In this document: positions 47,831-58,600 of the stretch, piece by piece | Layout: each line of letters opens with the position of its first letter | Numbering within the stretch: the stretch's first letter is position 1 | Source: Eledone cirrhosa | Taxonomy: Eukaryota | NCBI GenBank assembly: GCA_964016885.1 | Contig: OZ024743.1 | Span: 131,130,001-131,194,000 of the forward strand | Direction of reading: 5' to 3' | DNA: 64,000 nt | The notes under the pieces: generated by a model | What the model was told of the DNA's origin: nothing | What the model saw: the letters and a program-made list of their open reading frames with translations, nothing else | Database searches by the model: none | Position numbers and translations under genes: made by a program

Positions 47831-50400
47831 TGGTGTTTGGTGCTTGGTGCTTGGTGTTTGGTGTTTGGTGTTCGGTGCTTGGTGCTTGGTATTTGGTGTT
47901 TAATGTTTGCTGTTTGGTGTTTGTTGTTTGGTGTTTGTTGTTTGGTGTTTGCTGTTTGGTGTTTGGTGTTTGGTGTTTGCTGTTTGGTGTCTGCTTTTTG
48001 GTGTTTGGTGTTTGCTGTATGTTGTTTGCTGTTTGGTGTTTGGTGTTTGGTATTTGGTGTTTGGTGCTTGGTGCTTGGTGTTTGGTGCTTGGATCTTGGT
48101 GTTTGGTGCCTGGTGTTTGGTGTTTATTGCTTGTTGCTTGGTGCTTGGTGCTTGGTGTTTGGTGTTTGGTGCTTGGGGTTTGGTGCTGGGTGCTTGGTGT
48201 TTGGTGCATGGTGCTTGGTGCTTGGTGTTTGGTGTTATATGCTTGGTGTTTGATGCTTGGTGCTTGGTGCTTGGTGTTTGGTGTTTGGTGCTTGGTGTTT
48301 GATGCTTGGTGTTTGATGCTTGGTGCTTGGTGCTTGGTGTTTGGTGTTTGTACTTGGTGCTTGGTGCTTGGTTCTTGGTGTTTGGTGCTTGGTGCTTGGT
48401 GCTTTGTGTTTGGTGCTTGGTGCCTGCTGCTTGCTGCTTGGTGTTTGGTGTTTGGTGTTTGGTGCTTGGTGTTAGGTGTTTGGTGCTTGGTGCTTGGTGT
48501 TTGGTGTTTGGTGCTTGGTGTTTGGTGCTTGGTGCTTGGTGTTTGGTGTTTGGTGCTTGGTGTTTGGTGCTTGGTACTTGGTGCTTGGTGCTTGGTGTTA
48601 GGTGTATGGTGCTTGGTGCTTGGTGTTTGGTTTTTGGTGCTTGGTGCTTGGTGTTTGGTGTTTGGTGCTTGCTGCTGGCTGCTTGGTGCTTGGTGATTGG
48701 TGCTTGGTGTTTGGTGCTTGGTGTTTGGTGTTTGGTGCTAGGTGCTTGGTGCTTGGTGTTTGGTGCTTGGTGCTTGGTGTTTGGTGTTTGGTGTTTGGTG
48801 CTTGGTGCTTGGTGTTTGGTGCTTGGTGTTTGGTGCTGGGTGCTTGGTGTTTGGTGCTTGGTGCTTGGTGTTTGGTGCTTGGTGTTTGGTGTTTGGTGCT
48901 TGGTGCTTGGTGTTTGGTGCTTGGTGCTTGGTGTTTGGTGCTTGGTGCTTAGTGTTTGGTGCTAGGTGCTTGGGGTTTGGTGTTTGGTGCTTGGTTTTTG
49001 GTGCTTGGTGCTTGGTGTTTGGTGTTTGGTGTTTGGTGCTTGGTGCTTGGTATTTGGCGTTTACTGTTTGCTGTTTGGTGTTTGTTGTTTGGTGTTTGTT
49101 GTTTGGTGTTTGCTGTTTGGTGTTTGCTGCTTGGTGTTTGGTGCTTGGTGCTTGATGCTTGGTGTTTTGTGTTTGGTGCTTGGTGCTTGGTGTTTGGTGT
49201 TTGGTGCTTGGTTCTAGGTGTTTGTACTTAGTGCTTGGTGTTTGGTGCTTGGTGCTTGGTGCTTGGTGTTTGGTGTTTGGTGCTTGGTTCTTGGTGCTTG
49301 GAGTTTGGTGTTTGGTGATTGTTGCTTGGTGTTTGGTGCTTGGTGCTTTGTGCTTGGTGTTTGGTGTTTGCTGCTTGGTGTTTGGTGCTTGGTGCTTGGT
49401 GCTTGGTGTTTTGAGTTTGGTGCTTGGTGCTTGGTGTTTGGTGCTTGGTGCTTGGTGCTTGGTGTTTGTACTTGGTGCTTGGTGCTTGGTGTTTGGTTCT
49501 TGGTTCTTGGTGTTTGGTACTTGGTGCTTGGTGCTTGGTGCTTGGTGTTTGGTGCTTGGTGTTTGGTGCTTGTTGCTTGGTGTTTGGTGCTTGGTGTTTG
49601 GTGTTTGGTGCTTGGTGCTTGGTGTTTGGTGTTTGGTGTTTGCTGTTTGCTGTTTGGTGTTTGGTGTTTGCTGTTTGCTGTTTGGTGTCTGCTTTTTGGT
49701 GTTTGGTGTTTGCTGTATGGTGTTTGATGTTTTGGTGTTTGGTGTTTGCTGTATGGTGTTTGGTCTTTGGTGCTTGGTGTTTGGTGCTTGGTGCTTGGTG
49801 TTTGGTGTTTGGTGCTTGGTGTTTGGTGTTTGGTGTTTGGTGCTTGGTGCTTGGTGCTTGGTGTTTGGTGTTTGGTGTTTGGTGCTTGGTGTCTGGTGCT
49901 TGGTGCTTGGTGTTTGGTGCTTGGTGTTTGGTGTTTGGTGTTTGGTGCTTGGTGCTTGGTGTTTGGTGTTTGGTGCTTGGTGTTTGGTGTTTGGTGCTTG
50001 TTGCTTGGTGCTTGGTGCTTGGTGTTTGGTGCTTGGTGCTTGGTGTTTGGTGCTGGGTGCTGGGTGCTTGGTGTTTGGTGCTTGGTGCTTGGTGCTTGGT
50101 GTTTGGTGCTTGGTGCTTGGTGCTTGGTCTTTGGTGCTTGGTGTTTGCTGTTTGGTGCTTGGTGCTTGGTGCTTCGTGTTTGGTGCTTGGTGATTAGTGT
50201 TTGGTGCTTGGTTCTTGGGGTTTGGTGTTTGGTGCTTGGTGCTTGGTGTTTGGTGCTTGGTACTTGGTGTTTGGTGCTTGGTGTTTGGTGTTTGCTGTTT
50301 GGTGTTTGGTGTTTGGTGTTTGGTGTTTGCTGTTTGGTGTCTGCTTTTTGGAGTTTGGTGTTTGCTGTATGGTGTTTGCTGTTTCGTGTTTAGTGTTTGC
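47500..50400 (+). repeat. Further partial copy of the core unit (matches ~42.9-45.9 kb)
   Basis: ORF-track matches at offsets 4559 (43236/47795, 43747/48306) and 4524 (44635/49159, 44900/49424). The 35-bp shift equals 5 monomers. Confidence 0.85.
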
Positions 50401-50634
50401 TGTTTGGTGTTTGGTGCTTGGTGCTTGGTGTTTGGTGCTTGGTGCTTGGTACTGGGTGGTTGGTGTTTGGTGCTTGGTGTTTGGTGCTGGGTGCTTGGTG
50501 TTTGGTGCTTGGTGCTTGGTGTTTGGTGCTTGGTGTTTGGTGTTTGGTGCTTGGTGCTTGGTGTTTGGTGCTTGGTGCCTGGTGTTTGGTGCTTGGTGCT
50601 TAGTGTTTGGTGCTAGATGCTTGGGGTTTGGTGT

Positions 50635-52976
50635 TTGGTGCTTGGTGTTTGGTGCTTGTTGCTTGGTGTTTGGTGTTTGGTGTTTGGTGCTTGGTGCTTG
50701 GTATTTGGTGTTTGATGTTTGCTGTTTGGTGTTTGTTGTTTGGTGTTTGTTGTTTGGTGTTTGCTGTTTGGTGTTTGGTGTTTGGTGTTTGCTGTTTGGT
50801 GTCTGCTTTTTGGTGTTTGGTGTTTGCTGTATGTTGTTTGCTGTTTGGTGTTTGGTGTTTGGTATTTGGTGTTTGGTGCTTGGTGCTTGGTGTTTGGTGC
50901 TTGGATCTTGGTGTTTGGTGCCTGGTGCTTGGTGCTTGGTGTTTGGTGTTTGGTGCTTGGTGCTTGGTGCTTGGAGTTTGGTGTTTGGTGCTTGTTGCTT
51001 GGTGTTTTGTGTTTGGTGTTTGGTTTTTGGTGCTTGGTGCTTGGTGCTTGGTCCTTGGTGTTTGGTGCTGGGTGCTTTGTGTTTGGTGCTTGGTGCTTCG
51101 TGCTTGGTGTTTGGTCTTTGCTGCTTGGTGTTTGGTGCTTGGTGCTTGGTGCTTGGTGTTTTGAGTTTGGTGCTTGGTGCTTGGTGTTTGGTGCTTGGTG
51201 CTTGGTGCTTGGTGTTTGTACTTGGTGCTTGGTGCTTGGTGTTTGGTTCTTGGTTCTTGGTGTTTGGTACTTGGTGCTTGGTGCTTGGTGTTTGGTGTTT
51301 GGTGCTTGGTGTTTGGTGCTTGTTGCTTGGTGTTTGGTGCTTGGTGTTTGGTGTTTGGTGCTTGGTGCTTGGTGTTTGGTGTTTGGTGTTTGCTGTTTGC
51401 TGTTTGGTGTTTGGTGTTTGCTGTTTGCTGTTTGGTGTCTGCTTTTTGGTGTTTGGTGTTTGCTGTTTGGTGTTTGGTCTTTGGTGTTTGGTTTTTGGTG
51501 CTTGGTGCTTGGTGTTTGGTGTTTGGTGCTTGCTGCTGGCTGCTTGGTGCTTGGTGATTGGTGCTTGGTGTTTGGTGCTTGGTGTTTGGTGTTTGGTGCT
51601 AGGTGCTTGGTGCTTGGTGTTTGGTGCTTGGTGCTTGGTGTTTGGTGTTTGGTATTTGGTGCTTGGTGCTTGGTGTTTGGTGCTTGGTGCTTGGTGCTGG
51701 GTGGTTGGTGTTTGGTGCTTGGTGTTTGGTGCTGGGTGCTTGGTGTTTGGTGCTTGGTGCTTGGTGTTTGGTGCTTGGTGTTTGGTGTTTGGTGCTTGGT
51801 GCTTGGTGTTTGGTGCTTGTTGCTTGGTGTTTGGTGTTTGGTGTTTGGTGCTTGGTGCTTGGTATTTGGTGTTTGATGTTTGCTGTTTGGTGTTTGTTGT
51901 TTGGTGTTTGTTGTTTGGTGTTTGCTGTTTGGTGTTTGGTGTTTGGTGTTTGCTGTTTGGTGTCTGCTTTTTGGTGTTTGGTGTTTGCTGTATGTTGTTT
52001 GGTGTTTGGTGTTTGGTGTTTGGTATTTGGTGTTTGGTGCTTGGTGCTTGGTGTTTGGTGCTTGGATCTTGGTGTTTGGTGCCTGGTGCTTGGTGCTTGG
52101 TGTTTGGTGTTTGGTGCTTGGTGCTTGGTGCTTGGAGTTTGGTGTTTGGTGCTTGTTGCTTGGTGTTTTGTGTTTGGTGTTTGGTTTTTGGTGCTTGGTG
52201 CTTGGTGCTTGGTCCTTGGTGTTTGGTGCTGGGTGCTTTGTGTTTGGTGCTTGGTGCTTCGTGCTTGGTGTTTGGTCTTTGCTGCTTGGTGTTTGGTGCT
52301 TGGTGCTTGGTGCTTGGTGTTTTGAGTTTGGTGCTTGGTGCTTGGTGTTTGGTGCTTGGTGCTTGGTGCTTGGTGTTTGTACTTGGTGCTTGGTGCTTGG
52401 TGTTTGGTTCTTGGTTCTTGGTGTTTGGTACTTGGTGCTTGGTGCTTGGTGTTTGGTGTTTGGTGCTTGGTGTTTGGTGCTTGTTGCTTGGTGTTTGGTG
52501 CTTGGTGTTTGGTGTTTGGTGCTTGGTGCTTGGTGTTTGGTGTTTGGTGTTTGCTGTTTGCTGTTTGCTGTTTGGTGTTTGCTGTTTGCTGTTTGGTGTC
52601 TGCTTTTTGGTGTTTGGTGTTTGCTGTTTGGTGTTTGGTCTTTGGTGTTTGGTTTTTGGTGCTTGGTGCTTGGTGTTTGGTGTTTGGTGCTTGCTGCTGG
52701 CTGCTTGGTGCTTGGTGATTGGTGCTTGGTGTTTGGTGCTTGGTGTTTGGTGTTTGGTGCTAGGTGCTTGGTGCTTGGTGTTTGGTGCTTGGTGCTTGGT
52801 GTTTGGTGTTTGGTATTTGGTGCTTGGTGCTTGGTGTTTGGTGCTTGGTGCTTGGTGCTGGGTGGTTGGTGTTTGGTGCTTGGTGTTTGGTGCTGGGTGC
52901 TTGGTGTTTGGTGCTTGGTGCTTGGTGTTTGGTGCTTGGTGTTTGGTGTTTGGTGCTTGGTGCTTGGTGTTTGGTG
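50635..52976 (+). repeat. Tandem duplication, 1161-bp unit (50635-51795 / 51796-52956)
   Basis: ORF entries 50719/51880, 51174/52335 and 51603/52764. GATC at 50904/52065. About two substitutions visible. 1161 = 166x7-1, matching the one TTGTAC 6-mer in the unit. Confidence 0.92.
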
Positions 52977-55900
52977 GTTGGTGCTTGGTGTTTGGTGCTT
53001 GGTGCTTAGTGTTTGGTGCTAGGTGCTTGGGGTTTGGTGTTTGGTGCTTGGTGTTTGGTGCTTGGTGCTTGGTGTTTGGTGTTTGGTGTTTGGTGCTTGG
53101 TGCTTGGTATTTGGTGTTTGCTGTTTGCTGTTTGGTGTTTGTTGTTTGGTGTTTGTTGTTTGGTGTTTGCTGTTTGGTGTTTGCTGTTTGGTGTTTGGTG
53201 CTTGGTGCTTGATGCTTGGTGTTTTGTGTTTGGTGCTTGGTGCTTGGTGTTTGGTGCTTGGTGCTTGGTGCTAGGTGTTTGTACTTGGTGCTTGGTGTTT
53301 GGTGCTTGGTGCTTGGTGCTTGGTGTTTGGTGTTTGGTGTTTGGTGCTTGGTTCTTGGTGCTTGGAGTTTGGTGTTTGGTGCATGTTGCTTGGTGTTTGG
53401 TGCTTGGTGCTTTGTGCTTGGTGTTTGGTGTTTGCTGCTTGGTGTTTGGTGCTTGGTGCTTGGTGTTTTGAGTTTGGTGCTTGGTGCTTGGTGTTTGGTG
53501 CTTGGTGCTTGGTGCTTGCTGTTTGTACTTGGTGCTTGGTGCTTGGTGTTTGGTTCTTGGTTCTTGGTGTTTGGTACTTGGTGCTTGGTGCTTGGTGCTT
53601 GGTGTTTGGTGCTTGGTGTTTGGTGCTTGTTGCTTGGTGTTTGGTGCTTGGTGTTTGGTGTTTGGTGCTTGGTGCTTGGTGTTTGGTGTTTGGTGTTTGC
53701 TGTTTGGTGTTTGGTGTTTGGTGTTTGCTGTTTGCTGTTTGGTGTCTGCTTTTTGGTGTTTGGTGTTTGCTGTATGGTGTTTGCTGTTTTGGTGTTTGCT
53801 GTTTGCTGTTTGGTGTTTGGTCTGTGGTGCTTGGTGTTTGGTGCTTGGTGCTTGGTGTTTGGTGTTTGGTTCTTGGTGTTTGGTCTTTGGTGTTTGGTGC
53901 TTGGTGCTTGGTGCTTGGTGTTTGGTGTTTGGTGTTTGGTGCTTGGTGTCTGGTGCTTGGTGCTTGGTGTTTGGTGCTTGGTGTTTGGTGTTTGGTGTTT
54001 GGTGCTTGGTGCTTGGTGTTTGGTGTTTGGTGCTTGGTGTTTGGTGTTTGGTGCTTGTTGCTTGGTGCTTGGTGCTTGGTGTTTGGTGCTTGGTGCTTGG
54101 TGTTTGGTGCTGTGTGCTGGGTGCTTGGTGTTTGGTGCTTGGTGCTTGGTGCTTGGTGTTTGTTGCTTGGTGCTTGGTGCTTGGTCTTTGGTGCTTGGTG
54201 TTTGCTGTTTGGTGCTTGGTGCTTGGTGCTTCGTGTTTGGTGCTTGGTGATTAGTGTTTGGTGCTTGGTGCTTGGGGTTTGGTGTTTGGTGCTTGGTGCT
54301 TGGTGTTTGGTGCTTGGTACTTGGTGTTTGGTTCTTGGTGTTTGGTGTTTGCTGTTTGGTGTTTGGTGTTTGGTGTTTGGTGTTTGCTGTTTGGTGTCTG
54401 CTTTTTGGTGTTTGGTGTTTGCTGTATGGTGTTTGCTGTTTCGTGTTTAGTGTTTGCTGTTTGGTGTTTGGTGCTTGGTGCCTGGTGTTTGGTGGTTGGT
54501 GCTTGGTGCTGGGTGGTTGGTGTTTGGTGCTTGGTGTTTGGTGCTGGGTGCTTGGTGTTTGGTGCTTGGTGCTTGGTGTTTGGTGCTTTGTGTTTGGTGT
54601 TTGGTGCTTGGTGCTTGGTGTTTGGTGCTTGGTGCCTGGTGTTTGGTGCTTGGTGCTTAGTGTTTGGTGCTAGATGCTTGGGGTTTGGTGTTTGGTGCTT
54701 GGTGTTTGGTGCTTGTTGCTTGGTGTTTGGTGTTTGGTGTTTGGTGCTTGGTGCTTGGTATTTGGTGTTTGATGTTTGCTGTTTGGTGTTTGTTGTTTGG
54801 TGTTTGTTGTTTGGTGTTTGCTGTTTGGTGTTTGGTGTTTGGTGTTTGCTGTTTGGTGTCTGCTTTTTGGTGTTTGGTGTTTGCTGTATGTTGTTTGCTG
54901 TTTGGTGTTTGGTGTTTGGTATTTGGTGTTTGGTGCTTGGTGCTTGGTGTTTGGTGCTTGGATCTTGGTGTTTGGTGCCTGGTGCTTGGAGTTTGGTGTT
55001 TGGTGCTTGTTGCTTGGTGTTTTGTGTTTGGTGTTTGGTTTTTGGTGCTTGGTGCTTGGTGCTTGGTCCTTGGTGTTTGGTGCTGGGTGCTTTGTGTTTG
55101 GTGCTTGGTGCTTCGTGCTTGGTGTTTGGTCTTTGCTGCTTGGTGTTTGGTGCTTGGTGCTTGGTGCTTGGTGTTTTGAGTTTGGTGCTTGGTGCTTGGT
55201 GTTTGGTGCTTGGTGCTTGGTGCTTGGTGTTTGTACTTGGTGCTTGGTGCTTGGTGTTTGGTTCTTGGTTCTTGGTGTTTGGTACTTGGTGCTTGGTGCT
55301 TGGTGTTTGGTGCTTGGTGTTTGGTGCTTGTTGCTTGGTGTTTGGTGCTTGGTGTTTGGTGTTTGGTGCTTGGTGCTTGGTGTTTGGTGTTTGGTGTTTG
55401 CTGTTTGCTGTTTGGTGTTTGGTGTTTGCTGTTTGCTGTTTGGTGTCTGCTTTTTGGTGTTTGGTGTTTGTTGTTTGGTGTTTGGTCTTTGGTGCTTGGT
55501 GTTTGGTGCTTGGTGCTTGGTGTTTGGTGTTTGATGTTTGGTGCTTGGTGTTTGGTGTTTGGTGTTTGGTGCTTGGTGCTTGGTGCTTGGTGTTTGGTGT
55601 TTGGTGCTTGGTGTCTGGTGCTTGGTGTTTGGTGTTTGGTGCTTGGTGTTTGGTGTTTGGTGTTTGGTGCTTGGTGCTTGGTGCTTGGTGTTTGGTGCTT
55701 GGTGTTTGGTGTTTGGTCCTTGTTGCTTGGTGCTTGGTGCTTGGTGTTTGGTGCTTGATGCTTGGTGTTTGGTGCTGGGTGCTGGGTGCTTGGTGTTTGG
55801 TGCTTGGTGCTTGGTGCTTGGTGTTTGGTGCTTGGTGCTTGGTGCTTGGTCTTTGGTGCTTGGTGTTTGGTGTTTGGTGCTTGGTGCTTGGTGCTTGGTG

Positions 55901-56950
55901 ATTGGTGCTTGGTGATTAGTGTTTGGTACTTGGTGCTTGGGGTTTGGTGTTTGGTGCTTGGCGCTTGGTGTTTGGTGCTTGGTACTTGGTGTTTGGTGCT
56001 TGGTGTTTGGTGTTTGCTGTTTGGTGTTTGGTGTTTGGTGTTTGGTGTTTGGTGTTTGGTGTTTGCTGTTTGGTGTCTGCTTTTTGGTGTTTGGTGTTTG
56101 CTGTATGGTGTTTGCTGTTTCGCGTTTGGTGTTTGCTGTTTGGTGTTTGCTGTTTGCTGTTTGGTGTTTGGTCTTTGGTGCTTGGTGTTTGGTGCTTGGT
56201 GCTTGGTGTTTGGTGTTTGGTGCTTGGTGTTTGGTGTTTGGTGTTTGGTGCTTGGTGTTTGGTGTTTGGTGCCTGGTGTTTGGTGCTGGGTGCTTGGTGT
56301 TTAGTGCTTGGCGCTTGGTGCTTGGTGTTTCGTGTTTGGTGATTGGTGCTTGTTGTTTGGTGTTATATGCTTGGTGTTTGATGCTTGGTGCTTGGTGCTT
56401 GGTGTTTGGTGTTTGGTGCTTGGTGTTTGATGCTTGGTGTTTGATGCTTGGTGCTTGGTGCTTGGTGTTTGGTGCTTGGTGCTTGGTGTTTGTACTTGGT
56501 GCTTGGTGCTTGGTTCTTGGTGTTTGGTGCTTGGTGTTTGGTGCTTGGTGCTTTGTGTTTGGTGCTTGGTGTTTGGTGCTTCGTGTTTGGTGCTTGGTGC
56601 CTGGTGCTTGGTGCTTGGTGCTTGGTGTTTGGTGCTTGGTGTTTGGTGCTTGGTGTTAGGTGTTTGATGCTTGGTGCTTGGTGTTTGGTGCTTGGTGTTT
56701 TGTGCTTGGTGCTTGGTGTTTGGTGTTTGGTGCTTGGTGTTTGGTGCTTGCTACTTGGTGCTTGGTGCTTGGTGTTAGGTGTTTGGTGCTTGGTGCTTGG
56801 TGTTTGGTTTTTGGTGCTTGGTGCTTGGTGTTTGGTGTTTGGTGCTTGCTGCTGGCTGCTTGGTGATTGGTGCTTGGTGTTTAGTGCTTGGTGTTTGGTG
56901 TTTGGTGCTAGGTGCTTGGTGCTTGGTGTTTGGTGCTTGGTGCTTGGTGT
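52200..56950 (+). repeat. Dispersed direct copy of the ~23.5-28.15 kb block (offset ~28.7 kb)
   Basis: Collinear ORF-track matches at 23642/52335, 24320/53013, 25922/54664, 26760/55538, 27649/56434 and 27875/56660 (offsets 28693-28785). Confidence 0.88.
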
Positions 56951-57610
56951 TTGGTGTTTGGTGTTTGGTGCTTGGTGCTTGGTGTTTGGTGCTTGGTGCT
57001 TGGTGCTGGGTGGTTGGTGTTTGGTGCTTGGTGTTTGGTGCTGGGTGCTTGGTGTTTGGTGCTTGGTGCTTGGTGCTTGGTGCTTGGTGTTTGGTGTTTG
57101 GTGCTTGGTGCTTGGTGTTTGGTGCTTGGTGCTTGGTGTTTGGTGCTTGGTGCTTCGTGTTTGGTGCTAGGTACTTGGGGTTTGGTGTTTGGTGCTTGGT
57201 GTTTGGTGTTTGGTGTTTGGTGCTTGGTGCTTGGTGTTTGGTGCTTGCTGCTGGCTGCTTGGTGATTGGTGCTTGGTGTTTAGTGCTTGGTGTTTGGTGT
57301 TTGGTGCTAGGTGCTTGGTGCTTGGTGTTTGGTGCTTGGTGCTTGGTGTTTGGTGTTTGGTGTTTGGTGCTTGGTGCTTGGTGTTTGGTGCTTGGTGCTT
57401 GGTGCTGGGTGGTTGGTGTTTGGTGCTTGGTGTTTGGTGCTGGGTGCTTGGTGTTTGGTGCTTGGTGCTTGGTGCTTGGTGCTTGGTGTTTGGTGTTTGG
57501 TGCTTGGTGCTTGGTGTTTGGTGCTTGGTGCTTGGTGTTTGGTGCTTGGTGCTTCGTGTTTGGTGCTAGGTACTTGGGGTTTGGTGTTTGGTGCTTGGTG
57601 TTTGGTGTTT
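56830..57610 (+). repeat. Tandem duplication, 399-bp unit (57 monomers); boundaries approximate
   Basis: GCTGCTGGCTGCTTGGTGATTGG at 56848/57247 and GCTAGGTACTTGGGG at 57166/57565. Confidence 0.88.
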
Positions 57611-58600
57611 GGTGCTAGGTGCTTGGTGCTTGGTGTTTGGTGCTTGGTGCTTGGTGTTTGGTGTTTGGTGTTTGGTGCTTGGTGCTTGGTGTTTGGTGCT
57701 TGGTGCTTGGTGCTGGGTGGTTGGTGTTTGGTGCTTGGTGTTTGGTGCTGGGTGCTTGGTGTTTGGTGCTTGGTGCTTGGTGCTTGGTCTTTGGTGCTTG
57801 GTGTTTGGTGTTTGGTGCTTGGTGCTTGGTGCTTGGTGTTTGGTGCTTGGTGATTAGTGTTTGGTGCTTGGTGCTTGGGGTTTGGTGTTTGGTGCTTGGT
57901 GCTTGGTGTTTGGTGCTTGGTACTTGGTGTTTGGTGCTTGGTGTTTGGTGTTTGCTGTTTGGTGTTTGGTGTTTGGTGTTTGGTGTTTGCTGTTTGGTGT
58001 CTGCTTTTTTGTGTTTGGTGTTTGCTGTATGGTGTTTGCTGTTTCGTGTTTGGTGTTTGCTGTTTGCTGTTTGGTATTTGGTGTTTGCTGTTTGGTGTTT
58101 GGTCTTTGGTGCTTGGTGTTTGGTGCTTGGTGTTTGGTGCTTGGTGCTTGGTGCTTGGTGTTTGGTGTTTGGTGCTTGGTGCTTGGTGCTTGGTGTTTGG
58201 TGCTTGGTGCTTGGTGTTTGGTGCTGGGTGCTTGGTGTTTGGTGCTTGGTGCTTGGTGCTTGGTGTTTGGTGCTGGGTGCTTGGTGTTTGGTGTTCGGTG
58301 TTATATGCTTGGTGTTTGATGCTTGGTGCTTGGTGCTTGTTGTTTGGTGTTTGGTGCTTGGTGTTTGATGCTTGGTGTTTGATGCTTGGTGCTTGGTGCT
58401 TGGTGTTTGGTGCTTGGTGCTTGGTGTTTGTACTTGGTGCTTGGTGCTTGGTTCTTTGTGTTTGGTGCTTGGTGCTTGGTGCTTGGTGCTTTGTGTTTGG
58501 TGCTTGGTGTTTGGTGCTTGGTGTTTGGTGCTTGGTGCCTGGTGCTTGGTGCTTGGTGCTTGGTGTTTGGTGCTTGGTGTTTGGTGCTTGGTGTTAGGTG

